This document shows positions 39,828-53,644 of a stretch of DNA of 64,000 bases, piece by piece. The DNA is from Octopus sinensis (Eukaryota): contig NC_043005.1 in NCBI RefSeq assembly GCF_006345805.1, positions 26,350,001 to 26,414,000 of the forward strand, in the 5' to 3' direction. Positions within the stretch are counted from its first letter, which is position 1; every line of letters starts with the position of its first letter. The notes under the pieces are model-generated. The model did no database searches, had not been told where the DNA came from, and saw only the letters and a list, made by a program, of their open reading frames with translations. Both the position numbers and the translations under genes were made by a program.

Positions 39828-40184
39828 TTGACTGCAGCCATGCTGGAGCACCACTTTTAGTCGAACAAATCGACCCCAGGAATTATTCTTTGTAAGCCTA
39901 GTACTTATTCTATTGGTCTCTTATCGATCTTTTGCCAAACCGCTAAGTTACGGGAATGTAAACACACCACCATCGGTTGTCAAGCGATGTTGCAGTAGGA
40001 CAAACACAGACACACAAACATACATATATATATATGACAGGCTTCTTTCAGTTTCTGTCTACCAAATCCACTCACAAGGCTTTGGCTGGCCTGAGGCTAT
40101 AGTAGAAGGTGCCACGCAGTGGGAATGAACCCGGAACCATGTAGTTGATAAGCAAGCTGCTTACCACACAGCCACTCCTGCACC
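39828..40184 (-). mobile_element. SINE family A (a further 5'-half copy lies at ~40440-40592)
   Basis: Reverse complement match to the consensus. Confidence 0.88.
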
Positions 40185-40915
40185 TATCTATATATGTTCC
40201 CAAACAACACTTATTTTAGTGTTGTTGACACTGCCGGATTGAATGGTACTGCCCAGGTGTCAAAACCATAATGATATTCATGGGGCAGCTGATGATGGAT
40301 ATATGTTGGATTGTTGGTATGGCTGTTTTTGTATATGTGGAATAATACTATAACACATCACATCCTTTTGATATATATTTATATATGTATATATACATAG
40401 ATACAGAGAAAGAGAGAAATAGACACATGCATACCACAAAAGGATTCTTTCAGTTTCCGTCAACCAAATCCACTCAAAAAGCTTTGCTCAACCCAGGACT
40501 ATAGCAGAAGGCACTCACCCAATCAGCCATATAGTGGGACTGAACCCAAAACTCCATAGTTTGGAAGCAAGCTTCTCAACCACACAGCCACACTAATCAA
40601 TGCAAATAATACATGAAATCAACCCCCTTCCCCCCACCAAAAAAAAAACCAGAAATGCATCAACTGCATTGTTTGTTGCTGGTGCTTTTGTTTAGCCTAA
40701 GGCAGCTATGACAAAGTGGATCATCACCACCACCATCATCATCATCATTATCACCATCATCATCATTTAATCAATAGTGATCCAGCTTTCATAATGTCAA
40801 ACATGACTTTTATATCTGCAAAGAGCAGGCATTTGCCCTTTTATTGTTTTAGCCTGAAGGATGTGCTCATACTGCAGCATCCCCTATAAATTAATGAGCT
40901 TCCCTGATCTTTAGC

Positions 40916-41540
40916 ATGAAAGGCAGTGACGCTGGGTGAAATGCTTAGCGGTATTTCGTCTGCCACTACATTCTAAGTTCAAATTCTGCCGATGTTGTCT
41001 TTACCTTCTATCCTTTTGGGGTCAATTAAGTAAGTACCAGTTATGCACTGAGGTCAATATAATCGACTTAATCCGTTTGTCTGTCCTTGTTTGTCCCTTC
41101 TGTGTGTAGCCCCTTGTGGGCAGTAAAGAAATAAGAAACATTAGCATGCCAGGCAAAATGCTTAGTGGTATTTCGTCTGTCTTTAAGTTCTGAGTTCAAA
41201 TTCTGCCACGGTCGACTTGCCATTCATCCTTCCAGGGTCGATAAATTAAGTACCAGTTGCGTACTGGGGTCGATCTAACTGACTGGCCCCCTCCCCACAA
41301 ATTTCAGGCTATGTGCCTAGAGTAGAAAAAGCTGGCAGAAACGTTAGCACACCGTGCAAAATGCTTAGCAGTATTTCATCTGTCTTTATGTTCTGAGTTC
41401 AAATTCCGCCGAGGTCGACTTTACCTTTCATCCTTTCGGGGTCGATAAATTAAGTACTAGTTGTGTACTGGGGTCAATCTAATCGACTGGTCCCCCATGA
41501 AAAAAAATTTCAGGCCTTGTGCCTAAAGTAGAAAAGAATA
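40916..41540 (+). mobile_element. Head-to-tail SINE family B trimer
   Basis: Three consecutive aaatgcttag..gagttcaaatt..gggtc units ending at ~41133, ~41329 and ~41539, with two alternative 3' ends. Confidence 0.9.
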
Positions 41541-41989
41541 TAGCATCATACCAGTGCCATTGCAGGTGAAAGCAGATTGCAAAGGGTAAGAACAAAGAGC
41601 AGGTATCACTTTGTACAAAAGCCCCGAGTCAAACCTACTTCAGCAGACTAATAATCAAAGACAATCCAGCTGGGACCACCTCCACTGGTTACTTATATGC
41701 AGCAGAGAAACCTACAATCACTTCATTGTCTAACTTGTCTCTTTAAGACAATTTGAGATAAATCTCCCATGTAAGGGTGTTAGTCTGTTATTTCTAGAGG
41801 CTCAAGTGACCACATAAAGGTTCCCTTGATAGCCATTGTCACGGTGTTATTTTTGGTGGTGGTGGTGGTGGTGATGTTGTAGTGATGGTGGTGGGGGTGG
41901 GGTTGTGATGATGTGTTCTGGTGTGCAATTGTGCTAGTAGCAATGATGATGGTGATGATGACAAAGGATAAAGGTCAATACCACTGCTG

Positions 41990-42190
41990 TTGTTTAACCC
42001 CAGGACAACCACTGAACTAAGCAGGCCTGTCTCTGTGATCAAAAGTATTCCAGCCATGTCGATATCATTCTTGTTTTGGACATTGTAGATCTAGGACTAC
42101 GTTGTCCAATGTGTCCCTGACCCCTTTTACTAACTGTAGGGTACAATGTGGAGGAGATTTGGCTGCAGGTCAAGCGACCATGTAGAGGTT
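41990..42190 (+). mobile_element. Old ~200-bp interspersed repeat, family E (diverged copies near 5760, 19900, 20200, 22090, 31400, 32530, 37140, 41590)
   Basis: Recurrent motifs aaccccagg..tgatcaaa..ttccagc..ctaggactac.ttgtccaatgtgtcc..gatttggctg. Class unknown. Confidence 0.6.
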
Positions 42191-43559
42191 CTTTCACAAT
42201 GGTGGCGAAAATGGTTGGCCGGTGTTGGTCACTTTCATCATTGTGACAGCAGTGACGTTGCCGGTGGTGGTGGTGTTAGTTCTGGGGGAGAAGGGGTTGC
42301 AAAGTGAACGAACAAAAGGAACAAACGAATGAAGAAATGGAAGGATGAAGGTATGAAGGAATGACAGGGGAAAATAAATAAATAAATAATAATTCAGGAA
42401 TGAGAGAAGAGATAAGAAATGACAAAAGAATCGGGGAGTCACACCAGTGGTGACAGGAAAGAAGAGACAAGTGTAGTGGGAGGAGGAGGAGGAAGTGCAA
42501 AGAATGTATGAGGAGAAAGGGGGGGGGAGGAATAAAACAATGGAAGTGTAGATGTTTTATTAGTAAGAAAGAGAGAGAGAGAGGGGGATAGATGATAGAT
42601 TAGCAGTGAAGGAAGAGTGACAGTGTGAGTAAAAAAAAGAGGGGTGGGGGATGTAAATGCCAGAGACTGAGAAAGAAGGGGATTGGGACAACATCCACAT
42701 ACAATATATATGTGCATATGTATGTGTGCGTGTTCATACACACATACCTTTATATATCATACATAATATACACAAGTATACACACACACACACACACGCA
42801 TGTATGTATGTATGTATGTATATGGGGGGTGAAAGCCCAGAGGGAGCCGCTTCTCGTGGAAATTCGAGAATAATGTTATCAGCCGGAGGAGGCTCTGAAT
42901 ATTTTTAATGTTATCAGCTAGTTATTGTAATTGAAATGACTTCATCCCAAAGTGGTGATTACAATAAACGATTTCCAGTACACACATTGAGATCTTAATT
43001 AGTTTTAGACATTGGGCTCCGGCCATACTAGAACACCGATTTCAAGGGTTTGTACTCGGTTTTTATTGATCCCAGTTCTATGGTCTGGACCTTATATTAT
43101 ATACGGGTGAATAATATAAATCCCCTTGAGTTATTATTTGACGCACCAATATATTGCTATTCCCCTAATCGATAACCGCCCCCTCCCCCGCATGCGAAAT
43201 GGAAACGAACGGTATCGATTGTACCAGGATGGGGGCAGATAAAAAAGATGTGTGGAAAATTAAAATTTTCGGGGAAAAAAAACAAAAGAAAATTCGATCT
43301 GAATTGAAATTCTTCATTGTTTGAAAGACAGGAGTATTAAAAAGGAATCAAGATTCCATTTTGTTGCCCCCCCCCCACCCACCAACACACGTTTTATATC
43401 AAGTTATATATCTGCACAAACAATTTAGCATTGAACTGAAGGATCACTCGATATATATATATTTTTTTTTTCGTAGAGTACGTATTTATTAAACATTAAC
43501 ATGGAACAAGCTGACAGTAGCTTCTAAGTTTTGGCTTGTTCGCCTTCGTCAAATATACA

Positions 43560-43960
43560 TCTTTATATATAAAAGAGAGGTTGTGTGAGTGTCTGTCTCC
43601 TACGATTTAGATTCCTAACTACTCCCACATTTTGCGGTGCAGTTTAACCAAAACCGGGTATCTTATAGTCGTGATTCATATCGAGCCCTTCTGGGTATTA
43701 GCGCGCGTCTACGATGAGTCTACGATTTAAAAAAAAATTTACCATCATTTTTTTCCATTTTAATGCATTTTTTCGCTATTATATAAGGGAAGTAACTCTC
43801 TAAAAATGTCTACGATGAGTCAACGATTTTTAAAAAAATTTACCATCATTTTTTTTCCATTTTAATGCATTTTTTTGCTATTTTTTGGCTATAACTCTCT
43901 AAAAATGCTTATATAGTTATTTCCCTTACAAACCTGAGCAACGCCGGGCGATACTGCTAG
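43560..43960 (+). mobile_element. Non-autonomous Helitron with an internal 101-bp tandem duplication
   Basis: A|TC 5' end (43559/43560); subterminal hairpin cctgagcaacgccggg; CTAG|T 3' end (43957-43961). Internal repeats start gtctacgatgagtc at 43707 and 43808. Confidence 0.8.
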
Positions 43961-45282
43961 TATATATATAAATACATACGTGTGTGTAAATACATGTATG
44001 TATGTACATAGAAACACAGATCAGCTTTTGTTGTTTCTCAAACGAATTCCACTCTCAAAAGCTTCCAAGACAAACTCAATGCCTCAGTTACAGACTTGTC
44101 CAAGTTTCCGTGTAGTGAGTTGGAACTCCGGATCAATATGGTTGAAACGCAAACTTCTTCTTTCCACGTCTAAGCTTCAGAGAGAGGTGGAGGATAGGGT
44201 GAAGTTCACAAAAACATATATAAAAATGAAACATCAGTCAACTGGAATAGAGAAGAATATCTTACACACACACGCACACACACACAAAGTGTCTAAGATG
44301 ATGGCTTAGATAGCCGACTTCGAAGTCAGAGTCAATAAGATTCTTGTTTAAGAATGTGCACACACACGCATATATATATATACATATATATATATGTATA
44401 ATTTTTTTGCTAGTTTATTTTGTCTCTTTGTCTTCTTTCCTGGTGCTGTATGAACATTTAATGTGGTTTTAGAGTCAAGTTTTGACTGCTATTTCCAGCC
44501 TGGTGGTATCTCTTAAGATACCCTAAAATTATAATTTTAAATAATTATTACCTTTGAAGGTTTCTATTCCCATGCTGGCCAGCTGATAAGATCGGTATTT
44601 AAATATCGATCTCATCCTCATGAACACAATTCAATTGAGCCCCATCAGGACGACCTGGGGATGCATAGGCACATGAACAAACGTATGTATTACATACACA
44701 CATACATACGTTACAAAAAATGTGCTTTGTCATACATTGTTAGTAACCGGCTTGAAAAAAAGCGGAAAAAAAAAACAAACATATCTGAAAATAAAACAAA
44801 TACCAGCAGAAATATATGTAAATATGTATGTATGTTATGTATGTATGTATGTATGTATGTGTATGCATGAATACATCCACGCATGCATAGAAAAAAAAAA
44901 ACTACTCTGATGTCTAAATTCCTGTGTAAAGTCTTGTTTCTAGGCTAGAAGCCGGCTCTCTTTCTATTGGTGAGAAATTCGATAAAAAATAAAAGCTAGA
45001 ACGTACACAGATGCATGCATACATAATATAACACACATTGCATGCTGATTATGCGCACGCAGATTTTTTTCTACAACATACGCAAAACACACATAGTTGT
45101 ACATTAACACACGTAAGTTTTCTCTCTTTCTTTCTTTCTTTCTTTCTTTCTCTCTCGCTTTCACACACACACACACACACAAACTCTGTGTGCGCGCGTG
45201 TGTGTGTGTAAAGTGAATGAAACAAGCATTTCTTACAAGCCGGCAAGAACTAGGCAAAACTCGACGAATTGTTTCTCTGTTC

Positions 45283-45320
<38 letters not shown>

Positions 45321-45396
45321 TCAAACAGACGGCCAGAGGAGGAGCGGGAGGAATAAGAAAGGCAGAGAAAGAGACAAACCAGTGGGCAGAGGATGA

Positions 45397-45528
45397 GAAG
45401 AAGAAGAAGAAGAAGAAGAAGAAGAAGAAGAAGAAGAAGAAGAAGAAGAAGAAGAAGAAGAAGAAGAAGAAGAAGAAGAAGAAGAAGAAGAAGAAGAAGA
45501 AGAAGAAGAAGATGAAGAAGAAGAAGAA
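45397..45528. repeat. (GAA)n microsatellite followed by (ATT)n
   Basis: About 44 GAA units, nearly uninterrupted. Confidence 0.95.
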
Positions 45529-45558
45529 GGAAGAAAGAAAAAGAATTTCACAAATTCC

Positions 45559-45595
<37 letters not shown>

Positions 45596-45602
45596 CATTA
45601 TT

Positions 45603-45790
45603 CGCCAGGCAAAACTGCTCGACGGCATTTCGTCCGTCTTTACGCCCAGATTTCTAATTCCGCTGGGATCGACTTGGCTTTTTTCACATTTTCGAGGTCG
45701 ATAAAATAAGTACCAGCTGGAAACAGGGGGGGGGGGTCGATGCAATCGATTTGCAACCTTCCTTGAAACTGCTGGTCCTGTGCCAAAATT
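45603..45790 (+). mobile_element. Diverged SINE family B
   Basis: gcatttcgtccgtctttacg..ggtcgataaaataagtacc..gtgccaaaatt. Confidence 0.7.
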
Positions 45791-46332
45791 AGTTAATAAT
45801 TCTATTATCATCGTCGTGGTGGTGGCGGTGGTGGTGGTGGTGGTGGTGGTGGTCGTCGTCGTCATTATTATTGAATATTAATGTATAAAAAAACAATTAG
45901 TATTGATATGTAAAAATATAAAACTTCATCGTTACATTATTCAAATAATTTATGCTTTAATGTAGGAAGGTGGAACTCCGTTCTTTGTTACTTCAATGTA
46001 TGGATTTTCATGTAGCTTGACTATAAACCCCCTCCTCTGTGAGTGTGTGTATGTGTGTGTTGAATTACACGAAATGTGATTGTATAAAGTTTTTTTTAAA
46101 AAACCTATATTCCTACATATCATTATCATAATGAGATAGGCCCGCGCGCGCACACATACACAATCTTTTACTTGTTTCAGTCATGGGACTGCGGTCATGT
46201 TGGAGCATAGCCCTCACATACACCCACCATATATATGTATATATATTGTATGTATGCGTATATATATATATATATTATTGTATGTGTGTGTATGCAGGTA
46301 CGTATATGTATATATATATATATTTGTGTGTG

Positions 46333-46436
46333 TGTTTATGTATATTTATATATATATATATTAATGCATATACATATATATACATACATACACACACATC
46401 ACATATACAAAGACGTACACAAACTCATACACACAC

Positions 46437-46474
<38 letters not shown>

Positions 46475-46578
46475 GTGTGTGTATGAGTTTGTGTACGTCT
46501 TTGTATATGTGATGTGTGTGTATGTATGTATATATATGTATATGCATTAATATATATATATATAAATATACATAAACA
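46333..46578. repeat. Perfect 246-bp palindrome centred on (TA)n
   Basis: Symmetric about 46455.5. The ORF track gives the same peptide on both strands (ILMHIHIYTYIHTHHIYKDVHKLIHTR). Confidence 0.95.
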
Positions 46579-47544
46579 TATATATATATATATATATGTA
46601 CACGAGAATATATGTATGTGTGTGGGTGCGTATTTATGTGTATACATATATACACATATGACATACATATACATATATACACGCATGCATATTTTGCCGA
46701 ACGTTCACACAGGCCCAAGTTCACACCTCAAGCACCCACACATATATATACATACAATAAACACATCAACACACAAGCACCCACACGTTCACACCCACAA
46801 ACATACACACACACACACATACCATAAAGCTAATACATACGTATTAGCGTTTACACATACCAACATATAAGCCAATACATAATACATACACACAAAATTA
46901 TGCAAGCCCACACATACATCCATATAAGCCCATACACACACAAGCTTACATGTATGTGTGAATGTGTGTGTGTATGCATCGACATTAATATGGACATGTG
47001 TAAATATGTGTGCGTGTGTGTGAGTGCGGAGACTTAATGCGTGTATGAGAACATATTAGCTTGTATGAATACGTGCGTATGTATATATGTATGTGTATGT
47101 ATAGGTGAATGGATGGATGGATTTATATGTGTGTGTGAGTGTGTGTGTATATAAACTTTATCGAAGTTTATATATACATACATATTCATACAAGCTAATG
47201 TATTCAGAAACACACATACACACATATTCATATTAACATTTTATGCCTATATACATATATACATGTTACACACTAAAATATGTTATCCACATACATAATT
47301 ATACATATGTTCATATAAGTTTGTACACGCATACACATTTTAGTGTACATGTACGCAGATTGCGAACATTTTCATAGTTTATATATATATATATACAAAG
47401 CATACATACACTTATTTAAGTATTAGTATGCGTATGCATACATCAATATACACATTAATACACACACACACACACACGCATATATATATATATATACGTA
47501 CGGACAGAAGCACACACACATACATTTATATATGTATACATACA

Positions 47545-47580
<36 letters not shown>

Positions 47581-47990
47581 TGTATATATTGTGTGAAAAA
47601 GGGACATAGATAATAGAGAGAGATATACATACAAACATTTGCGCATGTATATATATATATATACATATATATCTATATATATATATATATATATCTATAT
47701 ATATATATTATATATATATATATATATTCACGCATCCACACCCATACGCGTACATACTCAGATATATGATACGGATAGCGAGAAAGTTAAGTTAGATATG
47801 TAAAATCTGTTTGGTTTAAATTTGTTAATTAGCATCATTCATTAAACACAAGTCACACACATCCATAGACACACTGACTCATGCACAGCAACAGTCTCAG
47901 ACGGATATTCAGTAGGGTATCCAAAAAACAAGTAAAATTACTCCGAGTTTTAGGGTCACTGGACTTCGGACGATCACACACACATATCTG

Positions 47991-48119
<129 letters not shown>

Positions 48120-49259
48120 TATATATATATATATACATACGTATTTCTACATGTGCAAACAAATAATGAACAAAAACATATTACAGATGATGTGTGTGTG
48201 TGTGTGTGTGTGAATATATGTGCATGTGTTTGTGAGGTGATGTGCATATGCGTGCGAGCGTGTGTGTCTGTGCATCTGAATGCGTACGGAAAAGTGGTTA
48301 AATGATAGAAAATGTTGGATCTGACCCATACAAGCTTGAAAAGAGGGCATTAAATGATCTCTCTCCTTCTTATTCTCTCTCTTACACACACACCAACACA
48401 CGCACACACACACACACCAACGCACGCACATTCACATACGCACACGCAAACACAGCTGTGTGCGCGCATGCATGTAACTTCTCTGTGGAGTTAGTCCCGC
48501 GATGGTCTTTTTGGTAGGATAACATGAAAATTGAAACCGGCCGGTTTCACAGTTTTCACACACTCACACACACATACACATACACATAAAATAAGCAGAG
48601 AGAGAGAGGAGAAGACGGAAAAGACAGCACAAAACTAATAATTATCGATTTGCAAAAATTCATAACAAAATACATAAAACAGATATGAGAAGAAAGAAAA
48701 AGGTTGGACTTATTTGTCAATCTTTTTTGAATTGCTTTGTTCATGTTTTACAATTGTTATTGGATTTCTCGTGTCTAAATACCTCATCAGCATACACACA
48801 CAAGCATACACGTACATACGCTCACATACATACATACAGACACGCTCACATACATACATAATAAACACACTAAACAGCGTGCGGGGTAGATTGAATAAAT
48901 TATGATAATACATAGTAATAACATCGTGTAACATCCTTCCTCCTTTCTCACAGAGCGACACACACACACACATATACACATATATATATATGTGTGTGTA
49001 AGCTTAAACGCATATATATATGTGCCAGTGCATATGTGTGCATATGTATGTATTGTATTATATGTGTGTGCATGAATATATATATATAACAAGCACATAC
49101 ACACGTACATTATGTATCAATATATATAACTATACATTCGCTTTCCCTGTGTACATACATACAACCGTTAGAGTATGCACCGTTATTGTGTGTAGTAAAG
49201 TCTATAATCGTAGCCATTTCACAACTAGCGAAGAAACACACACATGCACACACACACAA

Positions 49260-49297
<38 letters not shown>

Positions 49298-49878
49298 ACA
49301 CGCACACCTCGTATGCTTTAACTACAACACTTTCTTCTTACAAGTTTGTATTGAGCTCGCTTACGTTTCTATATACTACGACACAATATATACAGTCTCC
49401 TTCTTTCTCCCTCTCTCTAGCTATCTACGCACATACATACATACACAAACATACATGTACACACACACACACACACACTGAGTGTGTACGTATATATATA
49501 CATATATATATATAGTTCGTGACCCCATCCACAACTCTGTTACTGACACTCGGCAAAGATTTTGTTTGTTATTGACGTTGTTCTTTTTCCTTCTTCCAAA
49601 TGCAATAATAGTGTTTCCATTCAAAAAAATAAAAACAAAAATAACAAAAACCAAAACATCATCATCATCATCATCATCACTATCAACATCAGCGTCACCA
49701 TCATCATCATCATCATATCTGATGCATTCAGATGTTTCGTTGAATATTCAAATAATTAAGTTTGTTTGTTTTGGGTTTTTTTAATGCTAAATTAACAGCA
49801 AATTACATTTCATATAAAATTTCATTGTGCATTTTCATAGAATATGGAAGTTTTAATTAAAAATTATTTATTTATTGC

Positions 49879-49916
<38 letters not shown>

Positions 49917-50108
49917 GTATGCCTGTACATTAGCATAAATGCGTTTGTGCGTATTCGCAACAATGAATGAATAGTGTTCGTTACCTGCATGTATGTATGT
50001 GTGTATGTAATGTATGTGCGCGCACACACACACACATATACATATATATATATATATACAGAGAAAGATGCACACCACACACACACATACGTAAACATTT
50101 GAATGTAG

Positions 50109-50146
<38 letters not shown>

Positions 50147-50484
50147 GTGTGTTAGTGCGTGCGTGTGTATATTTGCGTATGTGCACATGCATACAAAACT
50201 TCAATTTCTGCATTTCATGTTCTGTTTTTTGGATTTATTTTTGCACTTTGATGCAATTTTAGGGTAACCATTCTGTTTCAAAATAATTCATCTTTGCATA
50301 TATATATGTATATACCCTTTTGTCAAGATTTCCCCATCTATCAACCTCCCCCTCTGCATCGTTCCACCCTTGTAACAAGGAAGAAGCAACAACAAGAACA
50401 ACAACAACGAAAAGCAATTATAAAATAAAAGAAACGGTGATCATTAATTAATAAATAATAGTAATTTTTTTAGTTTGCACTTAC

Positions 50485-50698
50485 CGGTCTTTGAAAAGTA
50501 GAGTCATTTTTTCTGTAGAAATTCTGAATTTCCTCGACAAATTCCATTTAAGTCCTGCTACGGTTTCCTTTTCTGGTACATTTACCTCAATTTGACCTCC
50601 TGTAGCTGGACAAATATTTAATTTCATATATCCATTGCGTTTACCATTAATGCCATTTCGGTTGCTCTGGACGCCACCATTATTATTATTATTACTAC

Positions 50699-50735
<37 letters not shown>

Positions 50736-50960
50736 GTTGTTGTTGTTATTAATATCTTCACTGTTGTTATTACAACTATTATCGTTGTTGTTGCTGTTGT
50801 TGTTGTTGTTGTTGTTGTTACTACTGCTACTACTACTACTATTTGGGCTCAGGGCCGTCGTGGAAGAAGTAGTAGTAGTTGTAGTAGTAGTATTATTATT
50901 TGCATTATTATTATTTGTAATATTGGTTGTACCGGGCGATGCAGCGCCGCTACTTTTCAT
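50485..50960 (-). CDS. MIDN: First coding exon of a midnolin-like protein (N-terminal low-complexity region plus first half of the ubiquitin-like domain)
   Basis: The ORF ends MKLNICPATGGQIEVNVPEKETVAGLKWNLSRKFRISTEKMTLLFKDR. This aligns by eye with the human midnolin Ubl (MSLAIHSTTGTRYDLAVPPDETVEGLRKRLSQRLKVPKERLALLHKDT, recalled). The start has a good Kozak context (gcaaccATG at 50960). A phase-2 donor GAC CG|GTAAGT lies at 50485/50484; read-through hits TAA immediately. Confidence 0.85.
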
Positions 50961-51574
50961 GGTTGCTGTGAAATTTCCTCTGCTTGGAACCGACTCAGCG
51001 GCAAAACTAGAATCGTTGGTAGCCAGCTTGGCTTCCTTTTTTTTTGTGTGTTTTTTTTCTTCTTCTGTTTATTATTATTATTATTGTTATTACTTGTAGT
51101 TCTGTTTAGTTGTTCTTCGTTTTGTGGCTTTCTTATTCCTCCTCCTACTACTACCACTCCTCGTCTTACTACTACTCCTCCAATATCTGTCTCTTTCTCT
51201 CTCTCTCTCTCTCTCTCTGTCCGTGGTTTTTTTTTTTTTCCTCTCACATTTCCTCTTTCTCGCTTCTCCTCTTCTGTCGTCTTCGTCGTCGTCGTCGTCG
51301 TCTCCTTATTCTTTCTTCTACTTCTGCTGCTGCTGCTGCTACTACTACTACTATTGCTGCTGCTGCTGATTATTATTATCACACTTAACCTCTCCTCCTT
51401 CCTTCTTCCTCCTTCCTCCACTTCTTGCTTCTCTCTCCCTACTTCTACTACACTTTCCTCCTACTTCCTCTATCTCAATACATATTCGTCCGTCTTATTT
51501 CTTCTCTCTATTGTCTCTTCTTAGCCTTTTCTTCAACTGCAAACACTTCTTGTTTTCATTGTTCTTAGTGCCCT

Positions 51575-51734
51575 CATTGCCGTCTTAAGGCACGAACACT
51601 GGACAAACTGTCCAAGGGAAATCCATGGGTCCGGGGCTTAATTTGGATCTACGGCTTGCTGTCGATAACTGTTACATTAGGGCCCAATTCATTGATTTAC
51701 CCGGTTACTATATAATTCTGTAAAGACGGCCCTA
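51575..51734. mobile_element. hAT-like MITE
   Basis: TIRs cattgccgtcttaa / taaagacggccct. Confidence 0.55.
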
Positions 51735-52180
51735 AGTGTCTGTCCTCTTAAGATTTGGTGGACACTTTGGGCAGTGTTCCCCAGGGAGTCCCTACGTGTC
51801 TAAGGATCAAAAAACTTTGATATGCTTTTAACAAATAAGTACTGAAAATTACTCTAACGCAATTACTCTTTTACTCGGAGGCCTGACCGTGGTGGCTTTT
51901 GAAAACTGACGTGGATGTTGTAACGTTTTGTTTAGTCATGTTGTACTTCATATAAATAAAGCAATCGTTGTTATTATGATCCAAAATTATCCAAATAAAT
52001 AAGTTCCTGACTTAATGTCACTGCTGCTCTCTTAACTCTTCCCCCCCCCCGTTTTTTTGTTTTTATTTTAAAGAAAAAGTTCCCTCTGTCAAAAATTTCA
52101 TGGGAACCGTCTTTCGCTTTTCACTTCTCCAGGGGCCGATTAATAACTCCACCACCACCACCACCACGATGTATATATAC

Positions 52181-52213
<33 letters not shown>

Positions 52214-52659
52214 CGTGTATATATATATATATATATATACACGTATATTTATTGAGGAGGAAGGATGGATGTTTTTATGGATATATGTGCGTACAGGAAG
52301 TTAATTCCGACGACTATACGCCCGTTTCCCCCTTTACAATACAATTATCGTGTTATTCCGATGTAAAAAAAAAATGGACATGATTCTTGCATTCTCATCA
52401 TTTATAAACGTACCGCACGCACACACACACACACGCACGCATGCATACACGCACAAACATGTATGTATATTATATACATAATGCCTTGTATATATTCGTT
52501 TTGTTCATATTCATGTAATGTAACGTTTTCGTGTATTTTTGTCTTTTGCCCTCCTGGCAAAAATACACAACCGTTGATGGCAATCATTGATATTTCTGTG
52601 TCGTATAAATAACTTTTATGCTGTCGTTATATATTCATAAATCGTGAATTTTCCTTGTT

Positions 52660-52698
<39 letters not shown>

Positions 52699-53426
52699 TG
52701 TTTGTACATGCACACACATACACGTCTTTTTGTAATACATACACACGCATAAAATACTACACACACACAATATGTATATGTGTGTGTGTGTGTGTGTGTG
52801 CTTGGCCATTATGATGTACAAATTAAAAGAAAAAAATACATTCTTTATTTATGTATGGGTCGATGGAGTGGCAAAAACTGTAAGAGGTGTCGGGAAAGAT
52901 ATTGTGTGCGATGTTTCTTCTGACTCTGCGATGCATTATGATGAAGAGTTCAAATCCCGCCGGCTTGTTTTGCCTTTCATCCCTCCGTGGCCGATAAAAT
53001 GAATCGATATTATTGGGGTTTTTTGGGGGTTTTTTCAGTAAGTTTTCCTTGTTATATTAAGTTATGTTTTTAGCGGCTTGCTTGCTGTGTGACTGTGTAT
53101 AATACGATTGTCTGTACATATGCGTGTGTGGAAATGTGTAGGACTACCTGTATATGTAATTACGTTTGCGTGTTTATGTGTGTTTCGGTGTGTATATATA
53201 GTTGTGTGTATATGTTTATGTGAAGGAGAGACGGACAGAGACAATGTGTTCTTATGTTTATAGCAGCGATTGAGTGAGAGAGCAAGACAGAGAGAGTCGG
53301 ATATGGCTCTGACTACATGTGTGACTGTAAGAGACACAGACAAACAGACGGTGCTTAAGTGTGTATATGTTTGCATCTATATGTATATATGTACTATACA
53401 GCCACACGTATATACATGATACTAAA

Positions 53427-53644
53427 GGCGACGAGCTGGCAGAATCGTTAGCGCGCCGGGCGAAATGCTTAGCGGTATTTCGTCTGTCTTTATGTTCTGA
53501 GTTCAAATTCTGCCGAGGTCGACTTTGCCTTTCATCCTTTCGGGGTCGATAAATAAAGTACCAGTTTCGCACTGGGGTCGATGTACTTCGTCTGTCCTTG
53601 TTTGTCTCCTCTATGTTTAGCCCCTTGTGGGCAGTAAAGAAATA
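53427..53644 (+). mobile_element. SINE family B, near full length
   Basis: Matches 11966-12193. Confidence 0.9.
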
